From the human T2T-CHM13v2.0 reference genome, Homo sapiens, in the NCBI RefSeq assembly GCF_009914755.1, contig NC_060940.1: a DNA stretch of 64,000 nt. One strand, 5' to 3'. Below the pieces are notes generated by a model that was not told the origin of the DNA, did no database searches, and worked only from the letters and a program-made list of their open reading frames with translations. Below are positions 27,012 through 41,750 of this stretch, in pieces; position 1 is the stretch's first letter, and the number at the start of each line of letters is the position of its first letter. The position numbers and the translations under genes were made by a program.

Positions 27012-28065
27012 TTATGTTATCTTTCTAGTTGTTTGGGTCATCTGAACTTCATTTGCCAATGGATTTCTCTTTAAAGACTCAAAAGAACTGTATTTCTTGA
27101 GTTCTTGCATACAGGTAGTAGTCTGTTCCCTTTTACAGTTGAATGTCAGTGCTGATGGGCATAAAATCCTTGGCTTACACATTTTTTCTTCAGTATATTT
27201 AATGTTACTCCTTTGTCTTATGTAATGAAGCATCACTTTGTAAAACTGTCATGACAATCTCATTTTGTTACCCTTTAAAATCACTGGTTCTTTGGGCCTA
27301 GATGCCTACAGGACTTTTTTTCTTTATGGATCAGTAATTTTACTGGGATACATCTTGGAGTTGTTTTATTTCCGTATCTCGGGACTAAAGTATGGTCTTT
27401 CAATATGGAGTTTTTAAATCATATTTTATTTCAGGAAAGCTTTATTTTATAGTTTTGGTATTTATTCTGTTCTTTTGCTTTGGTTTTCTTCTTCAGGGAC
27501 TCCTACTGTCTACATGTTGGATTTTGCTTATCTTTAATATTTGCCTCTCTCTCTTGAATTTTTTCTATTTTCATTTGTCTTTCATTTTTAATTTTTTTCT
27601 TTTCACTTCTATTTCAATTAAGACATTTACAATTGACGTTCTCTTCAGTTCCTTCCAGTTTAGTCTTTATTTTTTTTAATATGTGATTCTTTCTTGAGTT
27701 CTGTCACTTGGATTCTGAGTTTTTCTCATTCTGATTTATGGCTTTCTTTCAAACATTGTATTATAATGTATTTCATACATTTGAAACAGAAGGTTATACT
27801 TTTGTTGTTTTGTGGCTTCTTTGTCTGCAGAAATGCTATTCTGCTCCTTATTCTTTTGCTCTCTTACAAAAACTTTGGATTGACTTTGGTCTTGATTCTT
27901 TCCTGTGGCTTATTTTCATGTAAAACTAATTTTCCTGAACTTCTAGGAGGCATTGTTCAGAAGTTAGAAACAGACTTCACAGGACTCCTTCTTCTGTTGT
28001 TTTTGTCTAGTCAAAAATACGTGGCTTGCTCTCAGAGATTTCCTGGCCCTGTTTTCTCCTCCCTC

Positions 28066-28347
<282 letters not shown>

Positions 28348-28916
28348 TGTCTTCCCACTCTTATCTGGACTTTATCTTTGTCTCTACCATCCTTGTCTGG
28401 CTCAGTTTTGATTCCACAGTCAGCAGTTTCTCATGCATGTGGGAGCCTCGCCTAGAAGGGGATCTTGGGCCGTCAGTTCTAAGAGCCCACTAGGGCTTCC
28501 CTTGCATGGTCCCTCTATAGGTTTGAGCAAAATCTCTCCCAGGATTGGCTGGATTCTCTAATTTGCCTGCCATCTGCAATAAATATTGGCTAATTTTTGA
28601 TTTCCCTGCACTCAGGTTTATCGAAGACTCCATTTCTTCTGCTGCTTCTGCTCACGCAGATGCTAATACCGTGCAGATCACGTGGCTGTCAGTGATTTTT
28701 CCCCCCACCGTGTTTTGGGATTTGTGAAGATACCTTAGTAGCTAACTTTGTTATAAATGTTCTTTATGTACCTTTGGTTTTGTTCTCTAATTGCTTCATC
28801 TGGTTTCTGAGGGATCTAAGGACATTCCAAAACTATGCTGCTGACATTGATGGTTTTCTTCATTTGGGTTTTTTTTTTTTCTGTAGACTTTCTACACTCA
28901 TATTTTTTTAAAAAGT

Positions 28917-29494
<578 letters not shown>

Positions 29495-29719
29495 AACATT
29501 GACTTTTTACTGTGTGAATTTTTGTAGTCTTCGAGTTTTTCACGATGAAGCACTACTTTTTTAAATTTATATCTCGGTTGATACATCACTTCTCCAGGAA
29601 CACTATCCCTGATCTACCCTACCCTAATACCAGATATCAACATTATTACCCTCGGTGTAATGTGTCACAGCTCTTTGTATCCTTCCTTCACGTCACTACT
29701 CTCAGTTTCTCATTATAAA

Positions 29720-29830
29720 AGTGTGTGATCATTTTACAGTTGAGGAAACTGAGAGCTTGAGAAGCAGAGGTAATTTTCCCAAAGAAATGAAGCTGTTGGA
29801 AGTTAGGAAATTCATCCAGATCTGTCCAAC
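29720..29830 (-). mobile_element. MIR fragment
   Basis: cattttacagttgaggaaactgagagc...ggtaattttcccaa. Confidence 0.75.
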
Positions 29831-30042
29831 ACCAGGGCCCTGCCTTCCTGTGTGTGGCATTGCCCCGCAAGAGCCGGAGGTAATTCTCCAAAGACTGCAG
29901 TAGGCAGACACCGGTGTGAGGGCAGTATGCAGGGTGGAGCCAGAGGCTGCAGAGAAAATGTTTCCCTAGCTGAAAACCAGGACATCAGTGCTTAGCATGG
30001 AGGTCCCTGTGGGTCAGCATGGAAGCAAATCTATCTCATGTA

Positions 30043-30303
30043 AGAGGCAGTAATATACAATGGTTAAGTGCACGGCCCGTGGAGCAGGGACACCTAGGTT
30101 CAAACTCTGGCTCTGCAATCTAACAGACCTCGAGAGAAAATTACACACCTGCTCTGTGCCTCAGTTTTCTCATCTGCAGAATGGACAGAAAATAAGAGTT
30201 ATTTCGCTGTTATTTTGCAGATCCATTAAGTTAATATACATAAATCACTTAGAACATTGCCTGGCATATGATAAGTTCCCAACAATTTTAGCTATCATTA
30301 TTA
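30043..30303 (+). mobile_element. MIR, near full length
   Basis: tggttaagtgcacgg...ggttcaaactctggctctgc...ctctgtgcctcagttttctcatctg...tgcctggcatatgataag...tagctatcattatt. Confidence 0.9.
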
Positions 30304-31509
30304 CAAAAGAATGGGGGTGGGCTGGGGAGAGGCTCAGAGTCTTCTGAGATTGGGGCTGTGTTTGGTTTTATTTTTCCCTTTAGCTGCATCCTCTGTGCAT
30401 ATGGCTCCTGATACTAAGCCCCCATATTTGCACCCAAAAGAGCCCCCGATCTGGTCATATCATCCAGACCAATCAGAGTTGAGAGGTTGGTTAAGGAATC
30501 AGCATTCAGAAAAACTAGTTCCTTCTGGCCTTTGATAGACTCTCATTGGGTTTTTCTGGATTTCCCCCTCAGCCTAAGTCCACAGCTTGAAGCTTCTGAT
30601 AAAATTCTAAAATTCCTCCTCATCTCACCTCAGATAGGTGGGGGAAAATCAAGTTTGTCTACTTCAGAGTGTCTTGATGGCTGACATTAAAGGCAGCATC
30701 AGCCCAGCCCGCAACAATGGGAAAATTTCAGGATTGAGGCTATGAGAACAGGTGAGAGTTCCTCACTCACTAAGGAGAATATCGGAATGACCCAGCATCT
30801 TACCCACCCTATAGCCTGTTACTTAGCAGCATCTCTTGCTAGGGTATGGAGGGCTCACAGAACTTCGTTTCCACCTAGTGCTGCATTTTAAGAGAATACA
30901 CCTTACCTTTAACCAAACAAGTGACTTTCTAATGGTGTGATCTCAGGCACCATGGCAGATAGATGAAGCGATGGTTGTCAGCAACCTTCAAACACTCTTC
31001 AACTAGAGCTCAGGTCCCCAAGCCAGAGCGAGGATGGGGTGTGGTCTAGGCAGTAACCTCAACAGAGAGAGAGTGGAGGTCCCATGTGAGTGATGGGGCT
31101 GGATAACTTGTGCGGGAGTGAAGACCCGGGAGCCTCAAGTGCTGAGACAAGCAGACATCACTGACCACTCCAGAAAAAAAGCAAGATGCCCAAAAGATGG
31201 AAAAAATTGGGAAAATGACAAAGAAAAACCAGAATCTGGTGGGAGCTACCTGCATATACTTCTGTAGTGGCAAATGCCAAAGACACAGGAGACTAACAGG
31301 CAAGGATAAGGTGGAGCGTTAGCTTCCGGGTGTCAATAACCCACAGGGAAACACCAGCCAGAAATTACCTTCCTACAGGGCAGGGGAGTGGGGTGAGAAG
31401 GTTAGGAGTAGACAGACCCTAGTGGGGAGAGGCTCTCTAGTAGCCAGCATAATGTCACAGTGAGATCCTCAGCACTGATGCCTGAAGGTGCATCAACAGC
31501 TGTACACCC

Positions 31510-31650
31510 CAGGCTACCAAGAATGGTGTTATCCCACATTTAAGATGAAGAAACTCAAAGAGGCCAAGGGACATGCCAAGGATCCCACAATGACACATCA
31601 GTGGGCAGCAAATTCAAATCCACGTCCTGTTGCTCCAAAGCCTTTGCTCC
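31510..31650 (-). mobile_element. MIR fragment
   Basis: gatgaagaaactcaaagagg...tgccaaggatcccaca...attcaaatcc. Confidence 0.6.
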
Positions 31651-31654
31651 TCAT

Positions 31655-31830
31655 GACTGGACCAGGGTCTAACTCCTGACTCTGTCACCACCTTGCTGTG
31701 TGACCTTGTCCTGATGGCTTAGCCTCTCTGAATTTAAAACCCTTCATCTCAGAAACAGAGATGATTCCTTCAAGTCATATGTGTTTTGTATCTAGTGCAG
31801 TGCCTGGTGCCTAGAAAGCTTTGGTCTATC
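31655..31830 (+). mobile_element. MIR fragment
   Basis: cctgactctgtcacc..gctgtgtgaccttg..cttagcctctctga..cagtgcctgg. Confidence 0.65.
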
Positions 31831-32519
31831 TGTGCCAACTTCCTGCCATCCATCATCCACTGCCATCTGCACATGATCTTTCAAGCAACCATTAATCTGC
31901 TGCCATCCTCCATCTTACCTGCCTCATTCTTTTCATTAAATCTATAGAAACTGCCTCCTAGAAAGAGTTATACAGCATTTGTGGAAAGTACATGGGGAAA
32001 GATTACAGTTTCATCAATGAATTCCAATAATTTTGACTTCCCTCCATGACATTTCAGAGCAGCCAAAATATGTGCTTTTCCTAGAGAGTCAACTGACATT
32101 TGGAAAATTATGTTTTCTGTCTTATTGCAGGGAGATAATCCATCTAACCCTTAAACATCTGTCAATAAACCTGAGCAGGAGACCAGCTGAGAGGCCAACC
32201 CTCTGATGGCCTCCAAGACTTTATCTGGAAGAATTCAGGTAGACCTGGCTGTGTGGCAGGGGAGGACAGGGCCCAGGAGTGCTATCACCTATGGATTCTC
32301 CTCCTGACTGCAAGAGTCAGAAGGGCTTTCTGACATGTTATGGCTCTATCTTTGCATTTCACAGACAGGGAAACTGAGGCCCAGAGAGGAGAAGCCACTT
32401 GTCCACATAACTGCTAAGCCTGAAACTTGCACTGATAGTCCAGGACATCAGTAGCCTGTCCTTAGGGAACTAGGGATTGCCCGTCATCCAAAACAAATCC
32501 AGGCTCCATCAATTGTTGG

Positions 32520-32670
32520 CAGGACGCTGGGTCCACAGCAAGTCTGTTTAGCCTTAGTTTCCTGATGTGGTAAAATGGGAATGACAAAGTCATCCTCACA
32601 GGATTTAAAGAAGTGAGGATGTGAACACACTGGTACAAATCTTTGCCAATAGTAGGCACTCAAATACAGT
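32520..32670 (+). mobile_element. MIR fragment
   Basis: gccttagtttcctg..gtaaaatggga...gtaggcactcaaata. Confidence 0.65.
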
Positions 32671-32682
32671 TTCATTTCGTTG

Positions 32683-32961
32683 GTTTTTTTTTTTTTTTCT
32701 TTTTCTGGAGAGACAGGGTCTCGCTATGTTGCCCAGGCAGGACTCAAACTCCTGGCCTCAGCAATCCTCCTGCCTCAGCCTCCTGAGAAGCTAGGGTTAC
32801 AGGCACATGCCACAGCATCTAGCTAATTTTTTTTTATTTTTTGTAGAGATGGGGTCTCACTTTGTTTCCCAGGCTGGTCTTGAACTCCGGGCTTCAGGCA
32901 ATCCTCCCACCTCAGCCTCCCAAAGTGCTGGGATTACAGGCATGAGCCACTGTACCCAGCC
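32683..32961 (-). mobile_element. Old Alu dimer whose right arm lacks the 31-nt insert
   Basis: Both arms read gtctc(g/a)ct.tgtt.cccaggc.gg.ct..aactcc; no gagtgcagtgg...cactgca block. Confidence 0.9.
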
Positions 32962-32964
32962 CAT

Positions 32965-33430
32965 TCCTCTTCTTGTCTAGAAGCAGATCTTGGCACAAGG
33001 ATTTAAATGCAAGTTGTTTACTTAAGAAATGATCCCAAGAAGCCCCAGATGGGGAGTGGGAAAGTCGACAGGAAGGAGAGAAAGCCCACATAGAGAATAT
33101 TAATAAGTAGGACACACTCTGGGCTCCCAGGCCCAATCCCTCTGGTGACCTCTGGAAGACACTGTGGAGCCCCCCTTTCATCCTTGCTGAGGATGAGGAA
33201 GCTAATTATCTGTACGCTAACTCTCATCCTTTGCTGGCTGAGGGCTGCTCCTAGGGGCCTCACTCAACTCTGCAGCACTTCCTGCCTGCCCTGAGCACCA
33301 GCTGAGCAAGCCCCAGAAGACCCTGGGAAGGGAAGTCACAGGTGCTTGCCGCTGGAAGCCATCTACGTGCGTACGAACAATGAGCACCAGTGGAAGACCG
33401 GCACTGCACTGGGAGCAGCTGCCACAGCCC
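32965..33430 (-). mobile_element. LTR33-like ERVL LTR
   Basis: agaagcagatcttggcacaaggatttaaatgcaagttgtttactt..tgatcccaagaagc..ggggagtggg. Confidence 0.7.
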
Positions 33431-33561
33431 AGCCCTTGTGCCACTCAGCTCCAACCATGCTCCAAATTCAGCTCACTCTCTTCTGTCACTGGATTTTCAA
33501 TGTGATAACAGGTTACAGTTTCTTGTATACATAAATAAGCAAAGAAATTTAGAACAGTGGG

Positions 33562-33741
33562 AATCCTCCCACCTCAGCCTGCACCTGCCACTGAGCCTAG
33601 CTATTTATTTTTTACTATTTTTTGTTATCGGGGTCTCACTATGTTGCCCAGGCTGGTCTTGAACTCCCAGGCTCAAGTTATCCTGCTACCTCAGCCTCCC
33701 CAAGTGTTAGGATTACATGTGTGAGCTGCTACACCTGGTCC
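33562..33741 (-). mobile_element. Partial AluJ, part of a local duplicate of 36426-36672
   Basis: Left arm plus stub of right arm, followed by the same unique flank as the Alu at 36325-36626. Confidence 0.9.
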
Positions 33742-33800
33742 AGTGTGGTTCTTTATGCAAAGAAAGGCGAGGCACCCAGGCTGGAGTCCATGATAATTCA

Positions 33801-35159
<1,359 letters not shown>

Positions 35160-35199
35160 ATCCTCTGCCACCCCTTCTAGAATCCCCCTGGGCAGTTCT

Positions 35200-35760
35200 T
35201 CTATTCATTCAGGCTCTTGCCATTCCATTCCTAAAGGGTCTGAGTTCCAGGTACCATGTCCTGGTACCATACCTGTCACTGCTTGTTCATGGCTATCTCC
35301 AGGATTGCAAGCACCAAGAGAGGCCCCAGGGTATCCCCTGAATTCTAGACTTGCTCTTTCCTGCCCCAGCTGTGTAGCAACTCTACCTCCATGGGATAGT
35401 CATTGTGATAACTCATCATTACCCCTGCCAGTATTTTAACTCCTTTCTCTGGCAGCTGGTCCACGAGCACAGAGGAGCCCAATGTGACCAGGCAAAGGCT
35501 GTGATTTTAGGGGAACCCTTGCTGTATTCCCTGGGAACCAGGACTTCAGTTCAGCAGAGCCTAAAGTAGCAAGGATAGGAAATGCAAATCCCCCACATGA
35601 GTCCCTGGGAGTGATGGTGACAGGACCCACTTCCACATCCGGTTCTTGTTCTCACTCCAGGTGCCATATCACCCCATAGTTGGATCCAACCACCTTCTAC
35701 TAAGTGGGTCTCACAGGTTTTGCGCCAGTGACTGAGGGCAGTCCTAAGCTCCATCAACCT
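35200..35760 (-). mobile_element. ERVL/MaLR internal fragment (integrase C-terminus/dUTPase-like region)
   Basis: ORF 35436-35636 (VGPVTITPRDS...PILATLGSAEL...PGNTARVPL...LPGHIGLL) resembles ERVL pol-dut (APLTITPSDP...PATLGSAGL...PGDT..IPL...LPPGHFGLL). Confidence 0.75.
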
Positions 35761-36059
35761 CCCCTTTTACTCCTAGCAGCTCATGGATGGGGTTCAAGGA
35801 GCGAGTCAACAGCCTGAGCTGTCATCTGAACCAGAACAGTGTTTGGCACACAAAGTATGTGCTAAAAACATAAATGTGGGGGTGGTAGGTGCCTGATGAC
35901 GGGCTAATATGCTTTACACGGAGAACAGCCCCCACCCTCCATCCCCTGGGAAGCTCTGACTCATCCATCAAGACCTGCCCCTGCCATCCAGCTCCCCCCT
36001 GCAGCCTCCCCTGACATGAAACACTGGAGAGGGACAGCCACACACAGCTACTGCAAGGA

Positions 36060-36250
36060 TGAAAAATGATTATGCAGGACTGACTGTTCTGTTCAAAGTG
36101 ATATGTGCACGTGATCTCCTTCAGTCTGTGCGAGCCCACCTGAGGTGAGGAAACTGACTCGGGAGGTTAGGGAACTTGCCCAAGATAACTTAGCCAAGGG
36201 TGAAAGCCCTGAGGTGGGAACAAACACTGCTTCCTTCCAGAGCCCCTGCT
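36060..36250 (-). mobile_element. MIR
   Basis: gaggtgaggaaactgactcgggaggttagggaacttgcccaagataac. Confidence 0.8.
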
Positions 36251-36324
36251 CCGCACTTGAGAAGAGAAGTGACCAAGAGGTGAGCCTCAGACAGAGGGTT
36301 GAGGGAAAGGGGAACCAAGCCACA

Positions 36325-36626
36325 CTTTTGTTTGTTTTTAAGAGACAGGGTCTTGCTCTGTCGCCCAGGCTGGAGTGCAGTGGTACAACCATGGTCACTG
36401 CAGCCTTGACCTCCTGGGGTCAAATAATCCTCCCACCTCAGCCTCTCAAGTAGCTGAGACTACAGGCACATGCCACTGTGCCCAGCTAAGTTTTAATTTT
36501 TTGTTTTAAGAGATGGGGTCCCACTATGTTGCCCAGGCTTATCTCAAAATCCTGGGCTCAAGCAATCCTCCTGCCGCAGCCTCCCAAAATGTTAGGATTA
36601 CAAGTGCGAACTACCATGCCCAGTCC
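36325..36626 (-). mobile_element. AluJ
   Basis: gagacagggtcttgctctgtc...cactgcagccttgacctcctggg...ctgggctcaagcaatcctc. Confidence 0.95.
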
Positions 36627-37729
36627 AGTGTGGTTCTTTATACAAAGAGAGGTGAGGCACCCAGGCTGGAGTGCACAGTCATGTGCCTTCTCCCTTCCCA
36701 CCCCTTTGCTGGGGTCCCCTCCCTCCTCACTGCACCCATTGTACTTGCTGTTTCCACCAAAGCACATGTTCAGTTTGTCTGAACAATTGAGTTAACATTG
36801 TTGGGGGTGGAGGTGGAAGCAAGAGAGAACAGGTCTGTGCCTCCCTTGACCCAAAGCACACCCCACCCCTGCCCAAGGAGCCCTGCTTGAGAAACCAGCT
36901 TTAAGAAATCCGGCTCTGAAGTTTGGCTGAAAAGTGTAGCCAAAATATCCCACAAATGTCCTACTTTTCAGTGTGTAAAGTTAAAAAAAGTTTTTAGGAA
37001 ACAGGTGTGTTTACTCTGAACGCAAAACAGCATTTGGTTCCCTTTTTTTATCTATATCTTTAAGACAGTCACAGCCGGGAAGGCTACTGGGTGGCATTTA
37101 CAATTATGAGCAGGTTGATGCAGCATCGCCTGCCAAGGTGCCGCACTGAGGAACAAAAAGGAGCTGTTTGGAGGTGACAGGATGTCACGGGCCCCATGCC
37201 ATTCCTCAGCCGTTGTGGGGCAGGGTTGCAGGAGCCCTTTGAGAACACAGAACGTTCTTTCTGCACAGCATGTGGCCTCTGCTCTGTATCGCTTGGATAA
37301 AAGGATGGAAATGCTTTCCATTGATGCTGACATTCAGCCTTGTTTCATGGTTTCCATAGAACCCATTGCTTAACTGTCTTATGACCAAAATAAAAGAGAC
37401 AAGGCTTAAGGGGCACCTAGACGTGTCCCCCGCGTCTGGAATAATGGAGCTGGCATTGCAATGAGATCATTATGCTTTGTATTGAGCAAAGACAGGGCTC
37501 TGGGCCTGGAAGCTTTGATTAAGAAGGGGTAGGTGGGGTGGTCTACACCTGCCCTCAGCTGGTTTCCAAAGCTGCAAGGCTGGGAAAGAAAGCGCGCAAT
37601 GCCACAAAGTTCTGGACACAGCCAAGGGGAATGAGTGTCAGTGGAGGATGCCTGATTGCAAGCCCCTTGAACAAATGGTATAATAGGTGGAGACTGGGTT
37701 TGGGATTCCCGCAGACCCGGTGGAAGCCC

Positions 37730-37840
37730 CTCTCTGCCACTTAATGGCTGTACAACCTTGCATATTGGCCTTTCCTTCTCTGAGCTTTCGTTTCTTCATC
37801 TGCAAACTGGGGATGACAATACCCATCTCACAGGATCAGT
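37730..37840 (+). mobile_element. MIR fragment
   Basis: ctctgccactta...ttctctgagc...tttcttcatctgcaaactggggatgacaat. Confidence 0.8.
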
Positions 37841-37842
37841 GT

Positions 37843-37990
37843 GTGTCTTAGGTCGGGTTCCCCAGAAGCAGACCCTGAGATGAGGATTTAGATCAAAGTG
37901 ATTTTGTAGGAAGCTTCCCAAGAAAACCAGTAGGGTAGAGGGAAAAGGGAATCAGAAAGAAAGATCAGGCAAAGACGCTGTATCAAGGTT
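37843..37990 (-). mobile_element. ERVL LTR fragment (LTR16/LTR33-like)
   Basis: tgtcttaggtcgggttccccagaagcagaccctgagatgaggattt. Confidence 0.7.
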
Positions 37991-37994
37991 TCTT

Positions 37995-38140
37995 TGTGGC
38001 CTGTGGACCTACAGTGACCATCACAACACCTGGAGTTTGTTAGAAACCCAGAATGTTGGTGTCCACCCTGACCTACTAAATCAGAATCTACCGAGAATCA
38101 GAATCTAACAAGATCCCCAGGGGGTTGGAAAACACTGGTG
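37995..38140. mobile_element. MER5A-like
   Basis: acctggagtttgttagaaacccagaat...gacctactaaatcagaatct...aacaagatccccagg...ttggaaaacactg. Confidence 0.75.
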
Positions 38141-39342
38141 TAGGACAAGCCTCAGAGATGCCCCATCCAGGAGGATCAGTCCTTGGTTAAGGAACACCCA
38201 GGCTGGTGGGGGGGGCAGCGTGAATTCCCAGGCAGCTCCAGGTCCCCACTCTGGCTGCCTGAGGGCAGCCCTCTGCTGGGGGAGACGCAGGTGTGGGCTG
38301 TTGGAAGCAAAAGCACAAATGCACAGAAGCAGGTGCTCGGGAAATGGTGACCCTGGTGAGGGGCCGGGCCAGGGAACTGACAACTAATGCTAAGGTGTGG
38401 CACTGAAGGGAGCTGGTCAAAGCCCTGGCCTCCCTTTGGATTTCAGTTCCCACTGGTTTCCTGCCCTTTCTTCCCTCCCTTCATTCCTTCAAAGTCAGTC
38501 AGAGCCCAGCTGAGCACCTCTTACTCCTCCTGCTGCGGATGACGGGGTCACCTCTCACGGTCTTGCCAAGAAGACCCTTCTCTAAAACCTTATTTCCACA
38601 TCTGAGTCTCACATCTTTGACTTGTCCCTTCTCCCTCGGTGTCCATGGGCCACCTGTTCTGCCAGCCTAGGGAGGGAAGCTCAGCATAGAGGCTCCCAGG
38701 AAGAAAGGTGCTGGGGTTTGGCGGGAGGGAGGTTGTAGGTGGATCCCCGTTACAGTATCATGCGTTTAGTTTGGGTCCCTAGCACCCTCCCCAGCCGCCT
38801 CTGCTGATGTCACCCAGCCTGGTCCCAGACATGACTGAAGCCCAGTGTGAGGGGCATGGAGCACAGGTGTCCCTTCAGTGCCACACAGCAGGGGCGCTCA
38901 TGCCAGCCCCACAACCATGGGTCACATCACCCCCTGCTCCTCCCTCTCTCCTAGCATGCCCAGACCTCTCGCCTCTCATTCCCACCTCAGTGTCCCCACC
39001 TTTCATGCCATTTCCCCCAGAGACTGGAGACCTGCTTGAGGCTCGGCCTGCTGGCCCTGGCCCTGGCCCTGGACCTGAGATCCTTTCCCCACCCACTCTA
39101 GCCTGGATCTTGTTCCTCCCACAGAACTCATCCCCCGGACATGGTCTAAAATATCCTGCTGCCTGGCCCCCAACTCCACTGCACAGTGATACACTCTTTC
39201 TTTTGCATGACCCTGGCTGGGGTTCCACCCCGGAGGGAACCAGCCTAACTGCTCAAGTGATTTCTCCTGCCTTGGCGTCATCTGGACATGACTCCCTCCG
39301 CCTTACAGCTCTCAGAAGCCGTGAAACTCCAAAGTAACTGGC

Positions 39343-39445
39343 AAGGCCAGCTTCATTGGCATGGAACTGACCTGGGCTGTCACCCAGGGCCTGCACTTGG
39401 TTTAATGTTCTGCTATCACCACCTTATGGTGATTATTTTTAAACA
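39343..39445 (+). mobile_element. MER45A-like (hAT-Tip100) fragment
   Basis: caaggccagcttcattggcatg...cacttggtttaatgttctgctatcacc. Confidence 0.7.
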
Positions 39446-39602
39446 TGAGTTCCCTCCCTGCAGGCCCTTCCAACCTGCCTTCTTTCCTCTACCTCTCCCA
39501 CCACTCCCCGCCCCCTTCATTGCCCTGCCCTAAGAGCCCAATAGATGGTGACCCCTTAGCTAGGAAAGCGAGGTTGTCATGGTTCAAGAATGGCCTAGGT
39601 TG

Positions 39603-39902
39603 GGAACAAGCACAGTGGCTCACACCTTTAATCCCAGCACGTTGGGAGGCCAAGGCGGGTGGATCACCTGAGGTCAGGAATTTGAGGCCACCCTGGTCAA
39701 CATCGTGAAATCCCGTCTCTACTAAAAATGCAAAAATCATTTGGGCATGGTGGCGGGCGCCTGTTAATCCCAGCTACTCAAGAGGCTGAGGTGGGAGTAT
39801 TGCTTGAACCTGGGAGGCGGAGCTTGCGGTGAGCTGAGATTGCACCCCTCACTCCAGCCTGGGCGTCAGAGACTCCGTCTGAAAACAAAACAAAGCAAAA
39901 AA
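39603..39902 (+). mobile_element. Alu (S-type)
   Basis: cagtggctcacacc...ggatcacctgaggtcagga...(caaaa)n tail. Confidence 0.95.
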
Positions 39903-39990
39903 GTCCTTAGAGGCAGGGAGTCCTGTGTTCTACCCCTTGTCTGGCCGGGGCCCTGTGCCTGGGATTTATGTACTCTACACCTATGCCTGG

Positions 39991-40370
39991 TGTATTAATT
40001 TGTTTTCATACTGCTATAAAGAACTGCCTGAGACTGGGTAATTTATAAAGAAAAAAGGTTTAATTGACTCACAGTTGAGCACGGCTGGGGAGGCCTCAGG
40101 AAATTCACAATCATGGTAGAATGGGAACGGGAAAGCAAGGCACCTTCTTCACAAAGTGGCAGAAGGGAGAAGTGTTGGGTGAAGGGGGAAGAGCCCCTTA
40201 TAAAACCGTCAGATCTCGTGAGAACTCACTCACTATCACAAGAACAGCATAAGGGAAACCGCCACCAGGATTCAATTACCTCCACCTGGCCTCTCCCTTG
40301 ACACATGGGGATTATGGGGATTACAATTCAAGATGCGATTTGGGTGAGGACACAAAGCCTAGCCATATCA
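39991..40370 (-). mobile_element. THE1 (THE1D-like) MaLR solo LTR
   Basis: tgtatta...cctgagactgggtaatttataaag...ccatatca; perfect 5-bp TSD cctgg (39986-39990, 40371-40375). Confidence 0.95.
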
Positions 40371-40477
40371 CCTGGGTAATCGGGTTAAGATGCAGGGACT
40401 CTGTCACCACCAAGAAAGGAAGTCTTGAGCAACCTGAGGTTCTCAGCCTTGTTTACAGCTGCCCTATGGTAGCCAGA

Positions 40478-40616
40478 GACAGAGTTCTCAGCCCTGGCTA
40501 TAGAGAATCACCTGGGAGCTTTCAGTTTTCCTGATTCTATTGATCTATGAGGAGGTCAAGGCACATAAAAGCTCCCCAAATGACTCTTACGTGCAGCCAA
40601 AGTTGAGCGGCACTGA
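40478..40616. mobile_element. MER5A-like
   Basis: gttctcagccctggc..agaatcacctgggagcttt...gtgcagccaaagttgag..cactg. Confidence 0.7.
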
Positions 40617-41639
40617 TCCAGGTGCTGTGTTGGAGGCAGAATGAGCATCCTGGTGCCCTGCTCTCCACCAGCACAACTGGACCCACTTAGCCACACAGTG
40701 AGACCAGGCCCCGCCCACCCTGCAGTAGAGGTGAAGCCCACCTGACCCCAAGGTCAGCAGCCCAGGGCACAGCCAGGGCCCTAGATGTTCTCCAGCCAGC
40801 TCCTCTGTTCTTCTCTCTGGCTCTTTTGGGATCCTGAGTCTTAACCTACCCTGCCCCCAGCTCTGGTCTCTGGATCCCCTGCCCCATCCACTTCCTTCTG
40901 GAGTAGCTACAGTGAGCAGAAGGAAGTGTTCATTATTTTGACACAAGTCAGGATGATCTCGTATAAAAATCAACTCAAACAGGAATGCACAAAGGCCTGA
41001 TCCCACCACCCCAACCTCATCCCAACTGTTATCTCCACCTGGAAGTTAGTTCACTAGGTCTTTGAGGATTTCAGATCTCTACATAACCATGGATTGTGGA
41101 CGGAAGACCCTAGAGGGTGGAGCAGAAGCTCTGAATTCAAGTCCTGGCTCTGTCACTTCCCAGCTGGCTTTTGTCAGTCACTTCCCAGCCGTGCATGTAG
41201 ACACCGATGATGGGTAAGAAGATGCTGTGAAGCAGCTGCTGCTTTTGCCTGTGTCATTCATTCCTCGCCCCCCGCATGTGGCTTTCACGGGGCTACAGGT
41301 CAAGGACTCCCCTCTCCCGGGTAGGAGGTGGACACCTGGCCCAAATGAGGCTGATCAGACCATCCCAGGAATTTCTATCTTGAACAGTGCAACCCAATAA
41401 TTTAAAACAAACAAACCATTTAGCCCCTTCATCCCAACAGGGACAGCCTGAGTTCTGCTGGCTAAGTTCCCAGAGGGGCTGTGGTTTTGCCCTTTCCGGG
41501 AAATTGCTTCACTTTTTTGTTGTTGTTTTTGTGAGTTCTCCCACCTGTCTCCTCCCAACAAATTCCTTTTCAGCTTAAGTTAGCTACAGTCAGAATCTGC
41601 CACTTACAGCTAAAAAATCCTAACTAGCATAACATGTCT

Positions 41640-41750
41640 TAGCATCCTCACTTCACAGATGAAAGAATCGAGGCCCAAAAGAGGCCAGGATAGATGCAAG
41701 GCTCTATATCCACTTAGTGAGAGAGTCAGAGCTTTAATGAGATCTCCTAA
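41640..41750 (-). mobile_element. MIR fragment
   Basis: atcctcacttcacagatgaaagaatcgaggccc. Confidence 0.65.

Noticed and set aside
38807-39337. 176-aa Pro-rich ORF with GPGPGPGP
   Set aside because: C-rich sequence with a short (GGCCCT)n repeat; no domain, promoter or splice context.
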